Assembly: GCA_964585985.1 (NCBI GenBank)
Contig: CAZPFV010000001.1
Coordinates: 29,199 to 83,461, forward strand
Direction: 5' to 3'
DNA: 54,263 nucleotides
DNA from: an uncultured Candidatus Saccharibacteria bacterium
GTDB lineage: Bacteria; Patescibacteriota; Dojkabacteria; SC72
Both the position numbers and the translations under genes were made by a program. The notes below the pieces were generated by a model. That model ran no database searches. It was not told the DNA's origin and was given only the letters and a program-made list of their open reading frames with translations. Position 1 is the stretch's first letter. Each line of letters starts with the position of its first letter. Shown here piece by piece: positions 8,017 through 18,032 of this stretch.

Positions 8017-10719
8017 CTACTGGACTGGTGGATTGTCAGCTTCAACTTTAAATGTAATTGATTTTGTACCAACCTTCCCGTAGTTATCCTTTGCTGTAAT
8101 AAGGAGAGTATGATTCTTCAAGGAGAAGGAGGATAGTTTCTTTGTTACACTAAATTCACCCTTGGGGATTGATACTCCCTCTATCGGTACACCATCAATT
8201 GAAATTGTAAACTCTGTTAATGATTCTTGTTGACGGACACTACCTGAGATATTCATAGTATCACTTTGTTTGAAAATAGCTCCCTCAGATGGTGAAGATA
8301 GCTCAATAACTGGGGCATTATCTGGCCCAAATGGTAGGGGACACTCTCCGCTTGCAGGTACAGAAAATAGATACCCTCTACTATCTGCTAAATATTTTTC
8401 ATATGTACTTTGTTGTAGTTTGTTTTCTAATTGAAATGATAGTACAGTGCGTCCCTCTACTAATCCATACTGCTGTGCTAAACTTAAGTTTGTTGGTAGC
8501 AAACCATTTACCTTACATATAGATACAATCTCTCTACTATCAGCCTGTGGTCCTCTTCCTGCAATATGAACAGATGCCTCCTTCTCACATTCCATACCCT
8601 CTGCAGGAACACCGCCTGTGTCTCTACAAACTGTTGTTGATACAATACCCGCTGGTCTAACAAACGACTCAGGCTTGTATATATCAGCAAGCCTACTTGT
8701 AATACCGTACGCTATTGGTAAGGGTACTGTGGAACCGTATGCACCAGGTACTGGAGTATTATCATTGTTACCAGCCCATACACCAACTACTAGATTTTTG
8801 TGATACATCATTGTTGTCAAATCCTTAGGACCATCAGTGGTACCTGTTTTCAGACATACATTTACGCCTTTGACCCTCGAAGAACCTATTCCTAACCTAT
8901 CATTATGCCCACCCAAATCACAAAGTATGTAATTGAGAAGATATACCTCCTTCTCATCAACTACACGAGTGCCCTCTCCTAGTTTTGCTTCCTGTAAAAT
9001 ATTACCCTTGGAATCTTCTACTTTAAGAATGGAAACTGTAGGATTTTTTACTCCTTCATTTGCAAAAATTCCAAATGCAGCCGTATGCTCTAGCATTTTC
9101 ATCTCTCCTGCACCAAGTGCTAGCGAGAGTCCATAATCTGCCTTAGTTCGAAGTGTGGTGATACCTAACTTCTCTGTAAGCTGAAGCAAAGCATCTACAC
9201 CAGTAATCTGTAACATATATACAGCTGAAAGGTTTCTAGATCTCCCTAAATTCCTCCTTGCTGTTCCAAGCCCTTCAAATTGACTATCCCAGTTTTTAGG
9301 GGCATATTTACCAAAACTCATAGGAATATCAGGAGCTAAAGTGGCAGGAGAGTATCCCCGAGCAAAAGAAGCAAGATATGTATACGGCTTAGCAGAGGAG
9401 CCTACCTGTCTTTCGCTAGTGGTAATATTTACATTACCATCAACCTTTGGATTTTCAATATTCCAATAATCAACAGAACCTACCATCGCCAGTACCTCTC
9501 CCGTATTTGGATTCATCACAACAGCAGCACCGTTGTTTACTTTTTTAGGTAAGCCCCTTGTTGTAATACCTTTAACAACCTCATCCTCTGCAATCTCTTG
9601 CACAGAGTAATCTATAGAGGTAGTTACTTTCAGCCCACCTCTTTCCACTCTATCGACTCCATACTCCGCTTCAAGTTGTTGCTTAACATAGAAGACAAAG
9701 TGTGGAGCTTTAATATCAATTCTTTTTGTAGAGTATACTAATTCCTCTTCCTTTGCCTGTGCAATCTCTTCCTCTGTCACCCCAGTTAAATTCTTATGCT
9801 TTAACATCTGATTCAAAACATATGTTTGTCTTACCTTTGCTAGCTCTGGATTACTACCAAAAAGAGGTGAGTATACCCCTGGACTCTGTATCAATCCAGA
9901 AATTAATGCACTCTCAGCTAAAGTTAAGTCTTTGACACTTTTACCGAAATACGCTTTTGCTGCAGCTTGAAAACCGTAATTTACACCACCAAGAGGAATC
10001 TCATTCATGTACATTTGTAAAATCTCATCCTTAGTTAATGTTTGTTCAACCTGCATAGTGATTAAAATCTCCTTTACCTTTCTCGAATATTTCTGCTCAT
10101 ACGCAGCATCCCCTAAAATATCATAGAGAAGAGTTGTTTTTATCAGTTGCTGAGTAATTGTACTTGCCCCTCTAACAACCTCGCCATGAGTAAGATTCTG
10201 ATATGCAGCCTTGAGTATACTTGCATAATCTAACCCTTTATGTTGATAAAATTCTATATCCTCCGCAGCTAATACAGCCCATTTCGTATGCTCTGGAATA
10301 TCCTCTATCGATACGAACTCTCTATTTTGATTTCCATATACTGTATACAAAAGTAGGCCGTTTCTATCGTAAATTTTAGTGCTTTGATCTGATGTCCTCT
10401 CAACTAATTGGTCAGGTGCTGGTAGAGAGTTTTGAAGATTTTTAAGATATACACCCGCTACTATCAATCCCGCACAGAGGATAAAGAAACAGAAACCAAC
10501 AAATACATATAGATATTTTTTTACATTCTTACTTTTAAACCTATCCCCAAAGATTCCCTTCGAAGTTTTTTTACTTCTAGCCTTAGAAATATTCGATTTA
10601 CTATTCCTTCGGTTATACATTTTTATTCTATTGTAGTTACCCAACGAAGCAGACCTTTGAGTATATGTCTTTCTTTTACCTCTCTTCGCTGATTTTGTAT
10701 TTGATATCCTATATTTCAT
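8017..10719 (-). CDS. class A penicillin-binding protein (glycosyltransferase + transpeptidase) with basic cytoplasmic tail and C-terminal Ig-like extension
   Basis: GT51 motifs EDIEFYQHKG and GASTITQQL. Transpeptidase motifs SSAK (SxxK), SRN (SxN) and KTGTT. One TM helix follows a ~65-aa K/R/S-rich N-terminus. Confidence 0.9.
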   Translation of the reverse strand: MKYRISNTKSAKRGKRKTYTQRSASLGNYNRIKMYNRRNSKSNISKARSKKTSKGIFGDRFKSKNVKKYLYVFVGFCFFILCAGLIVAGVYLKNLQNSLPAPDQLVERTSDQSTKIYDRNGLLLYTVYGNQNREFVSIEDIPEHTKWAVLAAEDIEFYQHKGLDYASILKAAYQNLTHGEVVRGASTITQQLIKTTLLYDILGDAAYEQKYSRKVKEILITMQVEQTLTKDEILQMYMNEIPLGGVNYGFQAAAKAYFGKSVKDLTLAESALISGLIQSPGVYSPLFGSNPELAKVRQTYVLNQMLKHKNLTGVTEEEIAQAKEEELVYSTKRIDIKAPHFVFYVKQQLEAEYGVDRVERGGLKVTTSIDYSVQEIAEDEVVKGITTRGLPKKVNNGAAVVMNPNTGEVLAMVGSVDYWNIENPKVDGNVNITTSERQVGSSAKPYTYLASFARGYSPATLAPDIPMSFGKYAPKNWDSQFEGLGTARRNLGRSRNLSAVYMLQITGVDALLQLTEKLGITTLRTKADYGLSLALGAGEMKMLEHTAAFGIFANEGVKNPTVSILKVEDSKGNILQEAKLGEGTRVVDEKEVYLLNYILCDLGGHNDRLGIGSSRVKGVNVCLKTGTTDGPKDLTTMMYHKNLVVGVWAGNNDNTPVPGAYGSTVPLPIAYGITSRLADIYKPESFVRPAGIVSTTVCRDTGGVPAEGMECEKEASVHIAGRGPQADSREIVSICKVNGLLPTNLSLAQQYGLVEGRTVLSFQLENKLQQSTYEKYLADSRGYLFSVPASGECPLPFGPDNAPVIELSSPSEGAIFKQSDTMNISGSVRQQESLTEFTISIDGVPIEGVSIPKGEFSVTKKLSSFSLKNHTLLITAKDNYGKVGTKSITFKVEADNPPVQ

Positions 10720-10795
10720 TTATACTAATTCGTAAGATATTTTACTTCTCTAAATATATATTATATACCTTTAATATTCAACTAAACAGGGAAGA

Positions 10796-10804
10796 TGATA
10801 TAAT
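10796..10804 (+). promoter_or_regulatory. extended -10 element (TGaTATAAT) 5 nt upstream of the hisS ATG
   Basis: TGATATAAT at 10796-10804, ATG at 10810, no SD in between. Confidence 0.4.
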
Positions 10805-10809
10805 TGAGC

Positions 10810-12105
10810 ATGGAAAACAAATTACTATCAAAACAACCGTATAAGGGGACCAAGGATTGGTATCCTGCGGATATATATGTAAGAAATTACCTTTTTGAAA
10901 CATGGAGTAGAGTAGCTCAAAAATATGGTTACCAAGAGTATGATACATCTCAGATAGAGCAGGCAGAGCTTTATAGAAAAAAATCTGGAGAAGAGTTGGG
11001 ATCTCAACTATACAATTTCAAAGATAAAGGAGGAAGGGAAATAGCTCTACGACCAGAGATGACCCCTTCATTAGCAAGGATGATTGCATTAAAAAGGAAT
11101 CAGCTATCTCTTCCGATAAGGTGGTTTAATATCGGTAGGTACTACAGATATGAGAAGCCTCAAAAAGGGAGGACGAGGGAGTTTTTTCAACTAAATATTG
11201 ATATCTTGGGAGTCTCAACTATAAATGCTGAGGTAGAAATAATACAGTATGTGATTGATGTAATGAGAGAGTTAAAAGCTCCAGAGAACACATATGAGTT
11301 AAGAGTAAATAACAGGTACCTTTTGAACTATCTTTTTGACGAGATATTAGATTTAAATAGTGAGCTTAAACCTAAGTTGGCAAGAGCGTTAGATAACTAT
11401 CTTAAGATGGAACCTGATGATTTTAATAACTACCTCTTAGAGTTAGGGCTCTCCAAGGAGCAAATCGTAAAAATAGAAGAGTTCCTAAATTGGGATATTA
11501 CAGATTTAGAAAAAATAAAAGATAATTCCAAAGGTGCAGAGCAGTTGATTGAATTATTCAAAAAAATTAATACTTTAATGATACCAAATATAAAATTTAC
11601 TCCATATATTGTGAGGGGGCTAGCATACTATACAGGTACCGTGATTGAGCTTTACGATATAGGGCAAAAGGAAACCCCAAGAGCTCTTTTCGGAGGTGGA
11701 AGATATGACAACTTATTGGAAATTTTTAATGAGGAGCCTATTCCTGCCTTTGGATTAGGCTGGGGTGAGGTTACAACCTTAGATTATTTAGAAAAATATA
11801 ACCTTATACCACAGTACAGAAATTCAACTGAAGTCTTTGTATGCTTAATGGATGACGCCTCCTATTTAGAGAGCAGTAAAATAGCTTCATACTTACGTGA
11901 GAATGGATTTAACTGTTTAATGCAATTGACAGCAGGTAAACTCTCTAATCAATTAAAGTACGCTAGTAATAATGAAATACCTTGGGTTGTAATAGTAGGG
12001 GAAGATGAAATAAAGAAGGGAGTAGTACAATTAAAAAATATGCAAAGTAGGGAGTCTTTCTTAATTACGAAAGAAGAGGTCATACAAAAAATATCCGCAA
12101 AGTAA
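10810..12105 (+). CDS. hisS: histidyl-tRNA synthetase
   Basis: ALRPEMTPSLARM, FFQLNIDILG and GGGRYDNL are present, followed by a C-terminal anticodon-binding domain. The ORF track starts at TTG 10804. I prefer ATG 10810 because the TTG overlaps the -10 element. Confidence 0.93.
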   Translation: MENKLLSKQPYKGTKDWYPADIYVRNYLFETWSRVAQKYGYQEYDTSQIEQAELYRKKSGEELGSQLYNFKDKGGREIALRPEMTPSLARMIALKRNQLSLPIRWFNIGRYYRYEKPQKGRTREFFQLNIDILGVSTINAEVEIIQYVIDVMRELKAPENTYELRVNNRYLLNYLFDEILDLNSELKPKLARALDNYLKMEPDDFNNYLLELGLSKEQIVKIEEFLNWDITDLEKIKDNSKGAEQLIELFKKINTLMIPNIKFTPYIVRGLAYYTGTVIELYDIGQKETPRALFGGGRYDNLLEIFNEEPIPAFGLGWGEVTTLDYLEKYNLIPQYRNSTEVFVCLMDDASYLESSKIASYLRENGFNCLMQLTAGKLSNQLKYASNNEIPWVVIVGEDEIKKGVVQLKNMQSRESFLITKEEVIQKISAK

Positions 12106-12275
12106 TATCATTTTAAAATTAACTTTTACTTTAATATATAGTAGAGTACATACTCTTAATTGAAAATACCCCACTGCTATCGAAAATTTTAGACCGCTAC
12201 CCTCAGGAATTCTCATACCTCCACTACAGCCACTACCCAAATATAAATGAGCTTCTTTGTTCGCAGACATTTGAT

Positions 12276-12797
12276 ATGTTCTGTATTAACATGATTCCTT
12301 TTACAAAAGACTTCTTAATTAATCTTAATACATATAAAACAAAAAATATTAATACCTTTGCAGTACTACCCCCACACAGAGATGTCATTTTAGAGTGCAT
12401 TAAATGTGGTCTTAACGAATTTGTACTAAAAGATAACAGTACCCAAGAGATTGAATATAGAATATTAAAAGCATTAAATTGCATACCTATAACAAGTATA
12501 AATGTATACTCATACAAATATATTAGCTATATACAACAGAATAGGGAGATGTATATAAAACAGTACTGTGTTCACCTTACGCATTTCGAATCTGTTCTAC
12601 TAGATTTCACAATTAAAAATAATGGGTACTGCGACATTAAAAATTTTTGTAATTATCTTTCTGCTTTAAACGGTAAATGCATTTCCTCAAAGAGTGTTGT
12701 TGTAAGTATAAATAGATTTCGCAAAAAGGTTATACACCAAACAGGGTATAACATATTTCTATCAAGGTACGGATTCGGATATGTTCTAAATGCTTAG
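12276..12797 (+). CDS. OmpR/PhoB-type winged-helix regulator with a degenerate (pseudo-)receiver domain; the true start is probably upstream of the first ATG
   Basis: The C-terminus LTHFESVLLDF..SVVVSINRFRKKV..SRYGFGYVL is a trans_reg_C-like wHTH. The same frame is open back to 12135 and encodes ..YILLIENTPLLSKIL.., a beta1/alpha1 of a receiver domain, with no ATG/GTG/TTG. Confidence 0.6.
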   Translation: MFCINMIPFTKDFLINLNTYKTKNINTFAVLPPHRDVILECIKCGLNEFVLKDNSTQEIEYRILKALNCIPITSINVYSYKYISYIQQNREMYIKQYCVHLTHFESVLLDFTIKNNGYCDIKNFCNYLSALNGKCISSKSVVVSINRFRKKVIHQTGYNIFLSRYGFGYVLNA

Positions 12798-15409
12798 ATC
12801 TTTTTTTTCCATTGGGATATTTTATTCAAAGCCTCTAAAGGGGTTAAATTGTCCAAATCAATAGCTTGAATATCTCTTTCAATTTCAGAATTGGATGCAA
12901 CGAAGAGAGGCATTTGATATGAGTTTTTACTATTTTTTTGTTCATCATTATTGCGATCTGCTAACTCTAATTTCTTAATTTTGTCATCTTTAGAAAACAT
13001 CTGTTCCTGCTCAAAGCTCTCTAAGATTTCATTCGCTCTTACAATAATCTCATCTGGCAATCCAGCCATCTTTGCCACATATATTCCGTAACTCCTATCT
13101 GTGCCACCCTCTACAATTTTTCTTAAAAATATCACAGTACCGTGTGTTAAGTCTTCTTCTACTAAAACATTATAGTTTTTAACCCTATTGGGGATTTTCT
13201 CTGAGAGCTTTAGTAGCTCATGGTAGTGAGTAGCGAAAAGGGTTCTAGCTTTTACTTCATTAATTAAGTATTCGGCCAATGCCCATGCAATACTCACCCC
13301 GTCATATGTGCTTGTACCTCTTCCAACTTCATCTAATACTACCAAGCTATATTTAGAAGCATTATTTATAATATTTGCAGCCTCATCCATCTCAACCATA
13401 AAGGTACTACGACCTCTGCTTAAATCATCTGAAGCTCCAACCCTTGTAAAGATTCTATCTACTAGGGACAATTGCATTTTCTGTGCGGGGACCCAACAAC
13501 CAATTTGAGAAAGGAGGACTAAGGTAGCAACCTGCCTAATATATGTTGACTTCCCCGACATATTCGGACCCGTTAATATGGCCATCGAGGCAGAACTAAA
13601 GTCCAAATCAGTATCATTAGAAATAAAATCCTCCTCAATGAGCATTTCAACAATTGGATGCCTTCCTGAATTAATTGCTATCTTCCCATTCTCTTCTCCC
13701 ATATTATATATTTCAGGTTTACAGTAATCTCTATCTATTGCAATTTGTGCGAAGCCAAGGAGAATATCAATTCGGGCAATATATTCGGACAACTCTTGTA
13801 GCATGGGAATAAAAGTTATTAATGAGTCCCTAAATTCATTAAAGAGGGTGTATTCTAACTCATTCAATCTCCCTTGTGCATTTAAGATTATATCTTCTTT
13901 CTGCTTTAACTCCTCTGTAATATATCTTTCACTATTTACTAATGTCTGTTTTCTAATATATCTCTCAGGAACCTTCTCTTGATGTGTTCTTGTTACCTCT
14001 ATGTAATACCCAAATACTTTATTAAAACCTATTTTCAAACTACTAATTCCTGTGCTCTTTTTCTCTTGCTCCTCGAATTCTTTTATCCAACCTTTACTAT
14101 CACCACTCAAATCTCTTAACTCCTCGACCTCTTTGTTATAGCTGGATTTAACAATACCTCCCTCAAACAGTGTTGTGGGTGGAGAGTCAACTATGCAATC
14201 ATCAATTTTTTTAACAATGCTGTTAATAGTTTCATCAAATTTTTCAATCTCTTTTGATATTTGAGGAATACCACTTAGCTGTGATCTAATCTTGGAAATA
14301 TACTCCAAAGATATTTGTAAACCTTTTAGGTCTCTTCCATTTGCTCTAGCAAGTCCAATTTTGCCTGTAATTCGGCTAATATCATTTACATTAGAGAGTA
14401 ACTCTTTAACATTTTTTAACAACTCTCTATTCTCAACAAAGAGAGATACGGTATCTAACCTCTCATCAATATCTTTTTTCTCAATCAAAGGATTAAGTAT
14501 CCATGAGTAGAGTAAGCGTTTACCCATAGGGGTGGCTGTATCATCTATTACAGAAAAAAGTGAGCCTTCTCTCTCTGATGTATATGCATTAGATACTAAT
14601 TCAAGATTTCGTATTGTTGCCCTATCTAAAATCATTGTAGAGGTAAGATTTTTTCTCTTTGGTTTCTTAATATGGATAGGATCCATTAATTGAGTCTCTT
14701 GTATATGTGCAATTACCATAGCAACGGAGCAGAGAGCCGCATCTTTTTTCTCTAAATCCAACGATTGAATTGTTGAGATGTTGTAGAACTCCTTAATCAA
14801 TTCTTCGCAATATTTTATATTGCGTAACCCTTTCCCTAGAAATTGAACAGGTAATGTTGGGAAGCTCATATCTTTTTGATCTTCAAGTAGTAGTACCTCA
14901 ACAGGATCGAATGATGATATTATGTTTTCAATATTTTTTTCACTGTATTTAGTGAATATAGAGTACATCTCTCCAGTTGATATATCACATACTGTTGCTC
15001 CTAACTCTTCTTTTATATTACAAAAGGAACACATATAGCTCCCCTTAACGGATTGGACATCATCGATGGTGGCTGGTGTTACTATCCTTGTAACACCTCT
15101 TTTTACGATTCCTTTTGCTAATTTCGCATCTTCTAGCTGATCAACGATGACAACAGAGTAGCCTGCATTAACTAATTTAGGAAGATACTGATCAATGGCT
15201 TTATGAGGAAAGCCCGCCAATGGGGTAGGGTTGGTATTTTTATCTCTAGAGGTAAGTGTAATGTTTAGTATCTTAGAAGCAATCTTAGCATCCTGACCAA
15301 ATGTTTCAAAAAAGTCTCCCATTCTAAAAAGAAGTATCTTTTCTGGATACTGTTTTTTAAATCGAAGGTACTGCTCCATCATTGGAGTTTGTTTAATATC
15401 AATTTCCAT
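12794..15409 (-). CDS. mutS: DNA mismatch repair protein MutS
   Basis: N-terminal GDFFETFGQDA, Walker A TGPNMSGKSTY, VVLDEVGRGTSTYDG, FATHYHEL. A C-terminal QMPLF resembles a clamp-binding motif. Confidence 0.95.
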   Translation of the reverse strand: MEIDIKQTPMMEQYLRFKKQYPEKILLFRMGDFFETFGQDAKIASKILNITLTSRDKNTNPTPLAGFPHKAIDQYLPKLVNAGYSVVIVDQLEDAKLAKGIVKRGVTRIVTPATIDDVQSVKGSYMCSFCNIKEELGATVCDISTGEMYSIFTKYSEKNIENIISSFDPVEVLLLEDQKDMSFPTLPVQFLGKGLRNIKYCEELIKEFYNISTIQSLDLEKKDAALCSVAMVIAHIQETQLMDPIHIKKPKRKNLTSTMILDRATIRNLELVSNAYTSEREGSLFSVIDDTATPMGKRLLYSWILNPLIEKKDIDERLDTVSLFVENRELLKNVKELLSNVNDISRITGKIGLARANGRDLKGLQISLEYISKIRSQLSGIPQISKEIEKFDETINSIVKKIDDCIVDSPPTTLFEGGIVKSSYNKEVEELRDLSGDSKGWIKEFEEQEKKSTGISSLKIGFNKVFGYYIEVTRTHQEKVPERYIRKQTLVNSERYITEELKQKEDIILNAQGRLNELEYTLFNEFRDSLITFIPMLQELSEYIARIDILLGFAQIAIDRDYCKPEIYNMGEENGKIAINSGRHPIVEMLIEEDFISNDTDLDFSSASMAILTGPNMSGKSTYIRQVATLVLLSQIGCWVPAQKMQLSLVDRIFTRVGASDDLSRGRSTFMVEMDEAANIINNASKYSLVVLDEVGRGTSTYDGVSIAWALAEYLINEVKARTLFATHYHELLKLSEKIPNRVKNYNVLVEEDLTHGTVIFLRKIVEGGTDRSYGIYVAKMAGLPDEIIVRANEILESFEQEQMFSKDDKIKKLELADRNNDEQKNSKNSYQMPLFVASNSEIERDIQAIDLDNLTPLEALNKISQWKKKI

Positions 15410-15415
15410 ATCTGG

Positions 15416-15424
15416 ATTATACCA
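15416..15424 (-). promoter_or_regulatory. extended -10 element (TGgTATAAT on the minus strand) 6 nt upstream of the mutS ATG
   Basis: Minus-strand sequence is TGGTATAAT-CCAGAT-ATG, located in the 24-nt gap after the upstream gene. Confidence 0.4.
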
Positions 15425-15433
15425 AAAAGGGGA

Positions 15434-18010
15434 TTACTTGTTACTTAATATGATTTTTGCTTCTTCTTCTGAAACAGTTTTGCGAATATCTCTTACAGCA
15501 CTAGGTGACACGGATACTCCATATACTCCTTTCTGAACGCTATATTTAACTAATTCCTTGCTATCATTTGCAACAACAATAACCTCTTTTGATGGAGAGC
15601 CCGTTATATCACATATTGTATCTACAATCTTAAGAGAGCTATTGGCACTTAAATCATATTTTGCATCCTCATCAAACATATCCAAACCTTGCATATTTTT
15701 TACTATCCTAGGCATATCAAGTACTAAACCATCAATCTTTGTACCTAGAATGTCATCTGCCAATATTATATCTGTTGGATTATCCAAAATTGCATATACA
15801 CTAAAAGAAACACCTCTACGCAACCCTTCCGAGAGTAATGCCTTCTTAAACTGAGTCATTGATTTAGGATTCATTGGTGCGTATATTCCAATATCTACAT
15901 TTCTTCTTTTATTTACATTCCTTACTCTTCTTACAATCTTTATTACTCTATTTAGCAACTCCTTATTCGATAAATAGTGGGCAAGACCATGAGCATTATC
16001 TGCTATTTCAGAGCTCTCAAACTGTTTACCCTTCACTAACTCCTTGAAATCAGAGACTCGTGAAGAACCTATCGAAAGGATTACTTGATTACCTTCTGCC
16101 AAATCAATATATCTACATAATTTGTCTGTAATCTCTTTAGAGTATTCAACAAACTTCCTATCATCTACATACGCCAGTAAGTGTCTACCCTTTTCAATCA
16201 TAATTTTGTCTAAATCCAATGTAACAATACCGTGTGAATTTCCGACATAATCAAGCAACTCTTCTGGTGTACCTATAGGTTGCATAAAGACCTTAGTAGC
16301 ACAAGGGGGAAGTGTCATATCGTGGGGAATTTTTACCTGCTCACCCTTAGAGACAGGTACTTCCTGCTCTTTGGGCTCTTCCTTTTTCAGTAAATCAACT
16401 CCCGAGAGGGACTCCTGCTCGTATGCATCTACAACAGGATGTATTGCTGAAGTCATATCCTTCTGAATTTTCTCAACATATATACTACCCGTATTACCAT
16501 CTAGTCTTACTAGCTGCCCATCCTTAAAGATTGTAGTGGCTCCACTTGCACCTACAACGGCTGGTATATCAAACTCTCTACAAAGTATTGCAGTATCACT
16601 CGTTATACCACCACTCTCTAAAATTACACCCCCTGAATTAATAATGAGGGACTCCATTTCAGAAGAAAACTCTTTAATGACAAGAATGTCTCTCTTGTTA
16701 ACTTCTACTTTACTTCCTTTTGTAACTTTTTTAATCTTTCCTACCACTACTCCAAAACTAGCACCTAAACCTTGAAGTACAAATTCATCAATATCTGAAA
16801 TCTCTCTGTTTTCTGTATCTTTCTTTTTTTGAACACTATCCTTAGCAACATTAATTAACTTCTCAGTGAGGGGAGAGTATTCATGTTTGTTTCCCTCAAC
16901 CATCTTCTGAGCATTGGAAATGGCTTTACTTTCCAACATACCAACCCCCTGATATCTTTCATATATCCAATTTAATACCTCACCCAATGTATCAAAATTT
17001 TTTGCATTTTCGACTTTAATTTCATCTGGGAAATACTTCTCATACAAATCTTTACTCTGTAGAACCCATACCTTTCCTCCCGACATAACCCATTCGATGT
17101 TTTGGGGTTTTCGTAATTTGTTTTCTACAATTAATGATATTTTCGCAATTTCTTTTAGGTATTTGTCTTCTACTTTCTGCCTATGACTCCAACTATTTGA
17201 AATGGTGACTCGCTCAGTACTCTCTTTCTTACTAGTTTGCCCTGTTACACTCCGTATTTTCATCCACTCTTGAGGAGCAATCTTTTTCTCAAGTATCTCT
17301 AAGTCTTTTTTCTTCAAGAGGTAGGTATCAGGTGTTAACTCTCCCAAAGAGATTGTATCTCCTAAACCATATACCGCTTCAATACTTAACTTACCTAAAT
17401 CTTGAGTAATTGGATCTACCGTAAAGGAAACACCACTTACCTCAGCCTGTATCATCTTTTGTACGACTATCGCCAACTTAACATCTGCTAGATTCACTCC
17501 CTTTGATGATGCATATGCAACAACATCATCAGTGAAAAGAGATGCATATATCTTTTTTATAGATTCTAAGAGAGCTTTACCACCCCTAACATTTAATTCG
17601 GTAGAAAAAATCCCAGAGAAAGACACCTGAGGATTAGCTGGATACACAACAGATGATCTTACTGACACCCATGCCTCTGTAAAGCCTGATATTTTTGTAT
17701 ATGCAGAGAGTATCTCCTCAATATCTTTATCTTCAATCTCACTTTGGAGTAATGACTTTAAAACCTCAGACTCATCAGGGTTTTTAGATTTTTCAAAAAA
17801 GATCTTTGAATCTCTCAGTAATGATTGAGATACAACTTTGTCAAAGAGAGTAGGAGATATTACAAAAAAATCTGGAATAGGGATATCCATATCTTTAAGC
17901 TGAAAAAGTGAAAGCCCTTTTCTTCCTACAGTAGACTCTTTTAGCTTAGTATATACATGATCTTCCCAGAAATATACACTCTTCATATTTTTAACAAAGG
18001 TATCGGACAT
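15434..18010 (-). CDS. PEP synthase / pyruvate phosphate dikinase-family protein with the swivel-domain phospho-histidine replaced by Asp
   Basis: PPDK_N-like VSVRSS..FSGIFSTELNV and AIVVQKMIQAEVSGVSFTVDP. The mobile domain reads GGITSDTAILCREFDIPAVVG (consensus GGxTSHxAI). A diverged C-terminal TIM-barrel-like region follows. Confidence 0.75.
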   Translation of the reverse strand: MSDTFVKNMKSVYFWEDHVYTKLKESTVGRKGLSLFQLKDMDIPIPDFFVISPTLFDKVVSQSLLRDSKIFFEKSKNPDESEVLKSLLQSEIEDKDIEEILSAYTKISGFTEAWVSVRSSVVYPANPQVSFSGIFSTELNVRGGKALLESIKKIYASLFTDDVVAYASSKGVNLADVKLAIVVQKMIQAEVSGVSFTVDPITQDLGKLSIEAVYGLGDTISLGELTPDTYLLKKKDLEILEKKIAPQEWMKIRSVTGQTSKKESTERVTISNSWSHRQKVEDKYLKEIAKISLIVENKLRKPQNIEWVMSGGKVWVLQSKDLYEKYFPDEIKVENAKNFDTLGEVLNWIYERYQGVGMLESKAISNAQKMVEGNKHEYSPLTEKLINVAKDSVQKKKDTENREISDIDEFVLQGLGASFGVVVGKIKKVTKGSKVEVNKRDILVIKEFSSEMESLIINSGGVILESGGITSDTAILCREFDIPAVVGASGATTIFKDGQLVRLDGNTGSIYVEKIQKDMTSAIHPVVDAYEQESLSGVDLLKKEEPKEQEVPVSKGEQVKIPHDMTLPPCATKVFMQPIGTPEELLDYVGNSHGIVTLDLDKIMIEKGRHLLAYVDDRKFVEYSKEITDKLCRYIDLAEGNQVILSIGSSRVSDFKELVKGKQFESSEIADNAHGLAHYLSNKELLNRVIKIVRRVRNVNKRRNVDIGIYAPMNPKSMTQFKKALLSEGLRRGVSFSVYAILDNPTDIILADDILGTKIDGLVLDMPRIVKNMQGLDMFDEDAKYDLSANSSLKIVDTICDITGSPSKEVIVVANDSKELVKYSVQKGVYGVSVSPSAVRDIRKTVSEEEAKIILSNK

Positions 18011-18032
18011 AGATTAGGCAGTAATATTATTT

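Noticed and set aside
10804-10809. TTG 10804 as the hisS start; similarly TTG 30081 for P3 and ATG 40605 for the Clp ATPase
   Set aside because: Downstream ATGs give better N-termini. For hisS, the -10 box overlaps the TTG. For P3, ATG 30150 begins a clean signal peptide. For the ATPase, ATG 40665 is coupled to the upstream stop, while the 40605 start would overlap the preceding gene by 61 nt.
12061-12517. Minus-strand ORFs 12061-12270 and 12233-12517 in the hisS to regulator interval
   Set aside because: The plus-strand frame encodes a recognisable receiver domain continuing into the wHTH ORF. The minus-strand translations have no features.
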